From assembly GCA_046350095.1 (NCBI GenBank), contig JAXMBA010000002.1:1532718-1564717 (forward strand): DNA of 32,000 nucleotides, read 5' to 3'. The notes under the pieces were generated by a model. It worked only from the letters and a program-made list of their open reading frames with translations. It made no database searches and was not told the origin of the DNA. The translations under genes were made by a program, and so were the position numbers. This document shows positions 1-7,529 of this stretch, one piece after another. The DNA is from Gemmataceae bacterium (GTDB lineage: Bacteria; Planctomycetota; Planctomycetia; Gemmatales; Gemmataceae). Every line of letters begins with the position of its first letter. The first letter of the stretch is position 1.

Positions 1-3000
1 CCGAGGCGGCCGGGCTGGTGGCGGCCGCCGCCGAGGCCCTCCACCACGCCCACCGGACCGGCCTCGTCCACCGCGACATCAAGCCGGGGAACATCCTCCT
101 GGAGGCCGACGGCCGCCCGGTCGTCGCCGACTTCGGGCTGGCGCTGCGGGAGGAGGACTACGGTCGGGGGCCGAAGTCGGCCGGGACGCCGGCGTACATG
201 AGCCCCGAGCAGGCCCGCGGCGAGGGGCACCTGGTGGACGCCCGGACGGACGTGTATAGCCTCGGCGTCGTCCTGTACGAGTTGCTCACCGGCCGCCGGC
301 CGTTCCGCGCCGCCGGCCTGGCCGAGATGCTCGACCTCGTCGCCCGGGGCGACCCGAGGCCGCCGCGGCAGGTGGACGACGCCGTCCCCCGGGAGTTGGA
401 CCGGGTCTGCGTGAAGGCGATGGCCCGGCGGGCGTCGGACCGGTACAGCACGGCCCTCGACCTGGCCGAAGACCTGCGGCAGTGGCTGGCCGCCGACCGA
501 CCCACCACCGCGACCGCCCCGGCCCCGCCCGCCGACGGCGCGGCCCGGCCCGCCGAGCCGGCGAGCTCCCGGCTGGCCGACCCCGTCGTCCCGCGCGGCC
601 TGCGGTCGTTCGAGCCGGAGGACGCCGACTTCTTCCTCGACCTCCTCCCCGGGCCGCGGGGCCGCGGCGGCGTCCCCGAGAGCGTCCGGTTCTGGAAGAC
701 GCAGCTCGAAGACACGGACGAGGGCCGGGCGTGCCGGGTCGGCCTGGTCTACGGCCCGAGCGGGTGCGGCAAGTCGTCGCTGGTGAAGGCCGGCCTCCTG
801 CCGCGGCTGGCCGGGCACGTCGTGGCGGTGTACGTCGAGGCGACGGCCGACGACACCGAGGCGCGGCTGCTGACCGGGCTGCGCCGCCGGTGGCCGGGGT
901 TGCCGGCTGGGGTCGCCCCGGCCGACGCGCTCGCCCGCCTCCGCCGCGGCCGCGACCTCCCGCCGGGGGGGAAGGTGGTCCTCGTGTTCGACCAGTTCGA
1001 GCAGTGGCTCCACGCCCACCCGGGCGAGGCCGGCGCGGCCCTGACGGAAGCCCTCCGGCAGTGCGACGGGGCGCACGTCCAGGCGCTGCTGCTGGTGCGG
1101 GACGACTTCTGGATGGGGATCAGCCGCTTCATGCGCGAGCTGGAGGTCCCGCTGGTCGAGGGCCGCAACTGCGGCCCGGTGGACCTGTTCGACCCCCGGC
1201 ACGCGCGGAAGGTGCTGGCCGCGCTCGGCCGGGCCTACGGGGCGCTCCCCCTCGGCGACCTCCCGGCCGCCCAGGCGCGGTTCCTCGAGCTGGCGGTCGA
1301 GGGGCTGGCGGAGGGGGGCAAGGTGGTGCCGGTGCGGCTGGCCCTGTTCGCCGAGATGGTGAAGGGGAAGGAGTGGACGCCGGCGACGTGGAAGGCGGTC
1401 GGCGGGGCCGGCGGGGTAGGGGTGGCGTTCCTGGAGGAGGCGTTCGGGGCGCCGACCGCGCCGCCGCACCACCGGGCCCACCAGCGTGCGGCGCGGGCCG
1501 TCCTGGCGGAGTTGCTCCCGGCCGGCGGGGCCGACATCAAGGGGCCGATGCGGGCGCGCGCCGAGCTCCTGGCGGCGTCGGGGTACGCCGCCCGGCCGGC
1601 CGAGTTCGACGAGTTGGTCCGCGTCCTCGACGGCGGGCTGCGGCTGGTGACGGCGACCGACCACGACCCCGACGCAGCGGCCCCCGCCGGGGCGGAGCCC
1701 GGGGCGCGGCGGTACTACCAGCTGACCCACGACTACCTCGTCCCGGCGCTGCGAGAGTGGCTGACCCGCAAGCGGCGGGAGACGCGGCGGGGGCGGGCCG
1801 AACTCCGGCTGGAGGAGCTGGCCGCGGCTTACGCCGCCCGCCCCGAGCGGCGGAACCTGCCGGGGTGGTGGGAGTGGGCGTACCTGCGGGCGGTCACCCG
1901 CAAGCGGGACTGGGCGAAGCCGCAGCGGGTGATGATGCGGCGGGCGGCCCGCGCCCACGCCGCCCGGGCGGCGGTGGTCGTCGTCGTTGCCGCGCTGCTG
2001 GGCTGGGCCGGCTGGGAGTACCACGCCCGGTCGCAGGCCGCCGAGCTCCACAAGCGCCTCCTCACCGCCGTGACGGCGGACGTGCCGGCCGTCGTCGCCG
2101 AGATGGCCCCCTACCGCCGCCGGCTCGACCCCCTGTTGCGGCAGGCCGAGACCGAGGCGCGGGAGGCGGGCGAACCCCGCAAGGAGCTGCACGCGGCGCT
2201 CGCGCTCCTGCCGTCTGAACCCGAGCGGGTGGACGACCTGTACGAGAAGCTGCTCCGCGCCCGGCCCGACGAGTTCGCCGCGATCCGGCAGTCGCTGACC
2301 CCCCACGCGGACCAGTTGACGGCCCGGCTGTGGGCCGAGTTGGAGTCCGACCGCGACCCCGAGCGGCGGTTCCGCGCCGCCGCGGCGCTGGCCGCGTACG
2401 CACCGGACCAGCCGCGGTGGGCGGCCGCGGCGCCGTTCGTCGCCGCGCGGCTGACGGGCGAGTCGGGGCTGGCGGTGACCGACTGGGCGGCCGCCGTGCG
2501 CCCCGCCCGCCGGCACCTCCTCGCGCCGCTGGCCGCCGCGCTCCAGGACGAGAAGGCCGGCCCAGCCCGCCGGCGGACCGCGGTCGAACTGTTCCGCGCG
2601 TTCGGCACCACCGCCGACATCGCCAGCCTGGAAGCCGGGCTGGGCGGCGGCCCGCCAGCGGACGCGGACGCGGCCCGGAAGCGGGCGAACCTCGCGGTGG
2701 CGCTCGTGGTGCTCGGCCGCCCCGACCGCGTGTGGCCGCTCCTTCGCCGGGCCGACGACAACACCCTCCGCGGCTACTTGATCGAGCGCCTCGCCCCCGG
2801 CGGGGCCGCCCCCGGGGCGATCGAGACTCAGTTGCGGGAGGAGCAGGACGTGTTCGTCCGCCGGGCGCTGATCCAGGCGCTCGGCGGGTTCGAGGCGGGG
2901 TCGCAGTCGGCGGAGCGGCTGCTGCTCGACCTGTACGCGACCGACCCCGACCCGGGCGTCCACTCGTCGGCCGAGTGGGCGTTGCGGAAGTGGGAGCGCC

Positions 3001-3812
3001 CCCCGCCCGCGCCCGCCGCGCCGCGGGGCCGGTGGCTGCTCATCCCGGAGGGCCAGACGCTGGCGGTGATCGAGCCGGGCCGGCTGCGACTCCAGCTTCA
3101 AACGGGCAAGAACGAGGAGCGTCAGGAACTTGTGGTCGATCACGCCTTCGCGATCGGAACGAAGGAAGTCACGGTCGCCGAGTTCCAGGCGTTCCAGGCC
3201 GCCAACCCGGGGTACGTGTTCCACGGGCCGGTCGGACCGGACCGGAGTCGCCCGGTGAACGGGGTGTCGTGGTATGCGGCGGCCGCCTATTGCAACTGGC
3301 TCAGCAAGCGGGAGCAAATCCCTCGGACTGAGTGGTGCTATCAGCCGAACGCGGACGGGGAGTACGGCGCCGGCATGGCGGTGGCTCGCGACTACCTCCG
3401 GCGGCGGGGGTACCGCCTGCCGACTACGGCCGAGTGGCGCTTCGCCGCAGCCGCAGGGGCGGCGACGCCCTGGCCGTGCGGCGACCGGGGTCTCGTCCCC
3501 GGGTACGCCTGGTTCATACCCGGCTCGGAGGACAACGGCACCGCCCGGACTTGGACGGTCGGGACGCTAAAACCGAACGACCTGGGGCTGTTCGACACCC
3601 TCGGGAATGTGGCCGAGTGGTGCCAGGACCAAACCGTGCCGACGAAGAGCCCGGAGCCGGTCGGCGAGTTCGTCCCGGTACCCCGCGCGCTCTCCCGCGC
3701 GGTGATCGGGGGCTACTACAACCAGAAGCCTGCGCCCCCGGCCGCAACCGGCTTCTTACCGGACCGAGCCGACCAGTTTTTGGGCTTTCGCCCCATCCGG
3801 ACCGTCCCCTGA
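1..3812 (+). CDS. Ser/Thr protein kinase (N-terminus lies outside the window) fused to an nSTAND-like P-loop NTPase, a TM helix, a HEAT-like helical repeat region and a C-terminal FGE-sulfatase (SUMF1-like) domain
   Basis: The frame is open from the window edge. Kinase motifs HRDIKPGN, DFG and SPE lie at about nt 60-200. Walker A GPSGCGKS is at nt 753-776 and the Walker-B-like VLVFDQFEQ at about nt 980-1004. The LRSFEPEDADFF lead-in is typical of nSTAND-type NTPases. A hydrophobic stretch AAVVVVVAALLGWAGW lies at about nt 1960-2020. FGE-type motifs NGVSWYAAAAYCNWLS, GYRLPTTAEWRFAA and GNVAEWCQD lie at about nt 3030-3800. Stop codon at 3810-3812. Confidence 0.85.
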   Translation, partial: EAAGLVAAAAEALHHAHRTGLVHRDIKPGNILLEADGRPVVADFGLALREEDYGRGPKSAGTPAYMSPEQARGEGHLVDARTDVYSLGVVLYELLTGRRPFRAAGLAEMLDLVARGDPRPPRQVDDAVPRELDRVCVKAMARRASDRYSTALDLAEDLRQWLAADRPTTATAPAPPADGAARPAEPASSRLADPVVPRGLRSFEPEDADFFLDLLPGPRGRGGVPESVRFWKTQLEDTDEGRACRVGLVYGPSGCGKSSLVKAGLLPRLAGHVVAVYVEATADDTEARLLTGLRRRWPGLPAGVAPADALARLRRGRDLPPGGKVVLVFDQFEQWLHAHPGEAGAALTEALRQCDGAHVQALLLVRDDFWMGISRFMRELEVPLVEGRNCGPVDLFDPRHARKVLAALGRAYGALPLGDLPAAQARFLELAVEGLAEGGKVVPVRLALFAEMVKGKEWTPATWKAVGGAGGVGVAFLEEAFGAPTAPPHHRAHQRAARAVLAELLPAGGADIKGPMRARAELLAASGYAARPAEFDELVRVLDGGLRLVTATDHDPDAAAPAGAEPGARRYYQLTHDYLVPALREWLTRKRRETRRGRAELRLEELAAAYAARPERRNLPGWWEWAYLRAVTRKRDWAKPQRVMMRRAARAHAARAAVVVVVAALLGWAGWEYHARSQAAELHKRLLTAVTADVPAVVAEMAPYRRRLDPLLRQAETEAREAGEPRKELHAALALLPSEPERVDDLYEKLLRARPDEFAAIRQSLTPHADQLTARLWAELESDRDPERRFRAAAALAAYAPDQPRWAAAAPFVAARLTGESGLAVTDWAAAVRPARRHLLAPLAAALQDEKAGPARRRTAVELFRAFGTTADIASLEAGLGGGPPADADAARKRANLAVALVVLGRPDRVWPLLRRADDNTLRGYLIERLAPGGAAPGAIETQLREEQDVFVRRALIQALGGFEAGSQSAERLLLDLYATDPDPGVHSSAEWALRKWERPPPAPAAPRGRWLLIPEGQTLAVIEPGRLRLQLQTGKNEERQELVVDHAFAIGTKEVTVAEFQAFQAANPGYVFHGPVGPDRSRPVNGVSWYAAAAYCNWLSKREQIPRTEWCYQPNADGEYGAGMAVARDYLRRRGYRLPTTAEWRFAAAAGAATPWPCGDRGLVPGYAWFIPGSEDNGTARTWTVGTLKPNDLGLFDTLGNVAEWCQDQTVPTKSPEPVGEFVPVPRALSRAVIGGYYNQKPAPPAATGFLPDRADQFLGFRPIRTVP

Positions 3813-3977
3813 CCGTGGCGACAAGACCGGTTGTGCGAGTTGTACGGATTAGGTGAGCACGCCCATTTGTGGTTTGAACGCGGGCTGGAACATCTGGGGA
3901 GGCGCAAGCTCACGAGCGTGTATGTTGGGCCGTCATGGTGGCGGGTTAATTCCGATTCTCGTAGCCCGGAGCGATCC

Positions 3978-4712
3978 ATGTGCCCGACGCGGATTCGCAT
4001 CGCCCTCGTCGCATTCGGTCTGGCCGCTCTCAGCGTGGCTGGCCTCCCCGCCCTCGCCGGCGCGCAAGTGAGCGATTACCCCGAAGGGGGTGCTCCTGGC
4101 GCGGTCCAGAAGGGCACGCCGAAAGCGGACCCCAAATACTACCTCTGGAAGTACCAAGGCTCCACCGACAAGTGGAAAAAAGTCAAGGATAATCAGGGCA
4201 AGGAGGTGGAAGACAAATCCCACAAGGCGCTTCACAATTTAGCCAAGGCGAACCAAGGCTGGCGGCTCGTCCATCCCCAGTATTGGAACGAGGCTGCGAC
4301 GCTACGGACAGCCACCCCCCTCGTTATGTACACGATCACGCTCGACGGCGGGTCTCCTCCCAACCCGAACTCGACCGACCCCGGTCAACTCAATTTCTGT
4401 CTCTACCACTGCGAGGACAGGTGGGTCTACAAGGATACGAACCCTAGCTTCCAGTGCCTCTACGACTCCCCGCTGAATGCGAACTGTGTCGAGTTCCGCG
4501 ACTGCAAAGAGGCGTGTGGGCTCCGTACCCGAAAGGACGCGATGTACTTCACCGTCTGCAAGGACGGCGAAGATTTGTACAACGGTCGGAAGTGCTGTGA
4601 GCCGGAACCCGTCATGGACCGTGTCTTGCTCCCCGCCTGCTACCCGGTCCCCGTCGAGAAGCAGCACTGCTCCCTGTTCGACCGGATCCGCGCGCGGCGC
4701 CTCTGCCGGTAG
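3978..4712 (+). CDS. Secreted cysteine-rich hypothetical protein with atypical low-GC codon usage
   Basis: ATG at 3978 gives a signal-peptide-like N-terminus, MCPTRIRIALVAFGLAALSVAGLPALAGA/QV. Twelve Cys residues are all in the last ~110 residues. The N-terminal half is Lys-rich. The gene uses A/T-rich codons (aaa, aat, gat, and one tta at 4239-4241) that are otherwise rare in this window. The ORF-track start at 3831 is probably too far upstream. I recognise no family. Confidence 0.6.
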   Translation: MCPTRIRIALVAFGLAALSVAGLPALAGAQVSDYPEGGAPGAVQKGTPKADPKYYLWKYQGSTDKWKKVKDNQGKEVEDKSHKALHNLAKANQGWRLVHPQYWNEAATLRTATPLVMYTITLDGGSPPNPNSTDPGQLNFCLYHCEDRWVYKDTNPSFQCLYDSPLNANCVEFRDCKEACGLRTRKDAMYFTVCKDGEDLYNGRKCCEPEPVMDRVLLPACYPVPVEKQHCSLFDRIRARRLCR

Positions 4713-4718
4713 GCGGGG

Positions 4719-5318
4719 TCAGCCGGTCGGGTAGTTGTCGCCGAGGCGCTCCGCCAGGAGCTCGACCGCCCGGCAGTACCGCCGCCGGACGGTCCGCTCG
4801 TCGCGGTCGAGGAGTTCCGCGATCTGGGCCTGGGTCCAGCCGTGGTAGTACATCAGGCCCACCACCTCCCGCTCCTCCGCCGGGAGGTCCTCCACCGCCT
4901 CGTGGAACGCGGCCATCCGCTCCAGCTCCGCCGGGTCGTCGGCCGGGGCCGCCGGCTCGGGCGTCTCCTGGCCCGGGTCGCTCGCGTGGTTCGCCCCGAT
5001 CCCGCGCGGCCCCAGATAGTGCCGGGCCAGGTCGATCAGCTCGTTCCGGATGATCCGGGCGGCCAGGCCGAAGAACGCCCGCGTGTCGGCGACCGGCACC
5101 TTCTCCAGCGCCTTGAGCAGCTTGAGCGCGGCGGCCACGAACACGTCCCCCGTTTCCGCCCACCGGCGGACGGCCGGGTACTTGCGGAGCATCTTGCGGG
5201 CGAGCGCCTCCAGCCGCTTCTGGCAGGCGCGGATGATCTCGTCCCGGGCGGCCGGGTCCCCGGCCCGTAGCCGGACTAGCAGACCATCCAGCGCGACCGT
5301 GTTGAACTCGTCGGGCAT
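4719..5318 (-). CDS. ECF-type RNA polymerase sigma-70 factor
   Basis: The 200-aa product runs from ATG at 5318 (cat at 5316-5318 on the plus strand). The sigma-2-like region reads RKMLRKYPAVRRWAETGDVFVAAALKLL. The sigma-4 HTH reads LPAEEREVVGLMYYHGWTQAQIAELLDRDERTVRRRYCRAVELL. The upstream 76 codons of the track ORF are Pro/Gly/Arg-rich and look non-coding. Confidence 0.8.
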   Translation of the reverse strand: MPDEFNTVALDGLLVRLRAGDPAARDEIIRACQKRLEALARKMLRKYPAVRRWAETGDVFVAAALKLLKALEKVPVADTRAFFGLAARIIRNELIDLARHYLGPRGIGANHASDPGQETPEPAAPADDPAELERMAAFHEAVEDLPAEEREVVGLMYYHGWTQAQIAELLDRDERTVRRRYCRAVELLAERLGDNYPTG

Positions 5319-5652
5319 CGACGGCCGGCTCCGGTGCGGCGAGCGTGTGCGGTAACATACCAGCCCGTCCGCGGGCCTCTGGCGTAATTCCCCTTCGACC
5401 GCCTCCCCGCCCCGGCCCACGCCCGGCGGCGGAATTTCGTGCGCACCATGTCCGGTCGGCCGGGTCACTTCCGCTTGATTGGGTGGAACCAAGCCCGGGA
5501 ACGCCCGCCCCAGGCCGCACAATCCGGATAATCCGTGTCCGGTCACCCCCCCGGCGCTCGTTCTTTCGTGTAGGGGACCGGACCCGGACCGGCCGCCCGC
5601 CGCGTACGTTTCCGTCGGTCACCCGGAGTCCTACCCCGCCGCGGAGCCGGCC

Positions 5653-6030
5653 ATGTTCACGCTGCTACTCGTCGAGGACAACGAGCTCAACCGCGACATG
5701 CTTTCCCGCCGGCTCGAGCGGCAGGGGTTCCGGGTGGTCTGCGCCGTGGACGGGGAGGACGGCTACCGGGCGGCCCGGGCGGAGCGGCCGGACCTGATCC
5801 TGATGGACATGCACCTGCCGGTGATGGACGGGTGGGAGGTCACCCGTCGGCTCAAGGCCGAGCCCGACACCCGACCCACGCCGGTCATCGCGCTCACGGC
5901 CGACGCCATGACCGGCGACCGGGAGAAGGCCCTCGCCGCCGGGTGCGACGACTACGACACCAAGCCCGTCGACCTCCCCCGCCTCCTCGACAAGATACGC
6001 ACCCTGATCGGCCACGGAGGGAACGGATGA
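5653..6030 (+). CDS. Single-domain response regulator (CheY-like receiver)
   Basis: Starts MFTLLLVEDNELNRDML. Phospho-acceptor context DLILMDMHLPVMDGWE, plus LTADAM and the conserved KP. The TGA stop overlaps the next gene's ATG (ATGA at 6027-6030). Confidence 0.9.
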   Translation: MFTLLLVEDNELNRDMLSRRLERQGFRVVCAVDGEDGYRAARAERPDLILMDMHLPVMDGWEVTRRLKAEPDTRPTPVIALTADAMTGDREKALAAGCDDYDTKPVDLPRLLDKIRTLIGHGGNG

Positions 6031-7514
6031 CCGCCGCCGCCTTACCGGCCGCCGCCCCGGACTGGCAGGCCCGCACCGCCGAGGCGCTGCTCGCCCCGGC
6101 CGTCGCCGCCCGCGACCTGGCCGCCCGGATGCTCGCCGACGCCGAACCGCGCGGGCCGGACGAGTTCGCCGCCGACCTGCGGAAGGTGGTCGCGGCCGCC
6201 GCCCGGCTGGTGGACGGGCTGGAGGACGCGCTCGCCCCGACGGCCCCGGCGCCGCTCCCCCGCGAGGTCCGGCACGAGCTGCGGACGCCGCTCAACCACG
6301 TCCTCGGGTACGCCGAGTTGTGGCTGGAGGACGCGGCCGAGTACCTGCTGGAGGGGTTCGTCGGCGACCTGCGGGAACTGCGGCGGCTGGCGGCGGGCGT
6401 CCTCGACCAGCTGAACCGGGCGACCGCGGACGCCCGGGCCGCGGACGCCGCGGCCCGCCCGCACACCTGCGACCTGCTCCGCCGCGGCCGCGTCCTGGTG
6501 GTGGACGACAACGAGGCCAACCGGGACATCCTGCGCCGCCGGCTGGAACTGGACGGGCACCAGGTCGCGGAGGCCGCGGACGGGGCGGCCGCCGTCGACC
6601 AGGCCCGGTGCTGGTTCCCGGACGTCGTCCTGCTCGACGTCGTCATGCCCGGGGTGAACGGGGTCGAGGCCCTGCGGCGGCTGAAGGCCGACGCCCGCCT
6701 GGCCCACATCCCGGTCATCATGGTGACCGCCCTGTCCGACGTGGGCGGCGCCGCCGGGTGCATCGAGATGGGCGCCGAGGACTACCTCCCCAAGCCGTGC
6801 GACCCCGTTCTGCTCCGCGCCCGGGTCGGGGCGTGCCTGGAGAAGAAGCGGCTGCGCGACCGCGAGGCGGTGTACGTCCGCGAGCTCGACCGGGAGCGGC
6901 GGCGCGCCGACGAGTTGCTCCACGGCATCCTGCCGCCGGAGGTGGTCGGGGAGTTGAAGGAGACCGGCACGGTCCGCCCGCGCCGGTTCAACGGGGTGGC
7001 CGTGCTGTTCGCCGACGTCGTCAACTTCACCCCGTTCTGCGACCGCAACCCGCCGGAGCGGGTGGTCGAGCTCCTCCAGCGGCTGATCGAGGGGTGGGAG
7101 GAGGCGGCCCGTCGGCACCAGGCGGAGAAGGTGAAGACGGTCGGCGACTGCATGATGGTCGCGGCCGGGCTGCTCCGCCGGACCGACGACCACCCGGTGC
7201 GGCACGCCGTCCGGTGCGGGCGGGACATGATCGCCGCCACGCGGGCGCTGGGGGTGGGGTGGGACCTGCGGGTCGGGGTCCACTGGGGGCCGGTGGTGGC
7301 CGGGGTGATCGGCCGGCAAAAGTACCTGTTCGACCTGTGGGGCGACACGGTCAACACGGCCGCGCGGATGGAGAGCCACGGGCTCCCCGGCCACGTCACC
7401 CTCAGCGGCGACGCCTGGGCCCACGCCGCCGGGGCGTGCGACGGGGAGCCGCACGGGATGGTGGAGGTGAAGGGGAAGGGGTCGATGCCGGTGTACCGGG
7501 TGGCCGCCGGCTGA
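6027..7514 (+). CDS. Three-domain protein: HisKA/DHp-like phosphoacceptor domain with no ATPase domain, then a receiver domain, then a class III adenylate cyclase catalytic domain
   Basis: H-box [19 protein letters not shown] at about nt 6261-6323, with no HATPase_c motifs following. REC domain VLVVDDNEANRDIL...VLLDVVMPGVNG...MVTAL...YLPKP. Cyclase motifs VLFADVVNFT and KVKTVGDCMMVAAG (metal Asp and substrate Lys), then FDLWGDTVNTAARME (substrate Asp, Asn and Arg). The Lys/Asp pair predicts ATP rather than GTP as substrate. Confidence 0.88.
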   Translation: MTAAALPAAAPDWQARTAEALLAPAVAARDLAARMLADAEPRGPDEFAADLRKVVAAAARLVDGLEDALAPTAPAPLPREVRHELRTPLNHVLGYAELWLEDAAEYLLEGFVGDLRELRRLAAGVLDQLNRATADARAADAAARPHTCDLLRRGRVLVVDDNEANRDILRRRLELDGHQVAEAADGAAAVDQARCWFPDVVLLDVVMPGVNGVEALRRLKADARLAHIPVIMVTALSDVGGAAGCIEMGAEDYLPKPCDPVLLRARVGACLEKKRLRDREAVYVRELDRERRRADELLHGILPPEVVGELKETGTVRPRRFNGVAVLFADVVNFTPFCDRNPPERVVELLQRLIEGWEEAARRHQAEKVKTVGDCMMVAAGLLRRTDDHPVRHAVRCGRDMIAATRALGVGWDLRVGVHWGPVVAGVIGRQKYLFDLWGDTVNTAARMESHGLPGHVTLSGDAWAHAAGACDGEPHGMVEVKGKGSMPVYRVAAG

Positions 7515-7529
7515 CGTGGAGGTCCTGCC

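Noticed and set aside
3831-3977. Upstream extensions of track ORFs (3831 for the Cys-rich protein, and similarly 12052, 5479, 5832, 17112, 17654 and 14371)
   Set aside because: Internal ATG starts give sensible N-termini: a signal peptide, a receiver-domain start, or start/stop overlaps with Shine-Dalgarno-like sequences. The extensions translate to Arg/Pro-rich non-protein-like sequence.
5485-5502. Two GGAAC words (5485-5489, 5498-5502) as ECF-type -35 elements driving the phosphorelay operon
   Set aside because: I found no appropriately spaced CGT-type -10 element 16-17 nt downstream. GGAAC is too short to be meaningful on its own.
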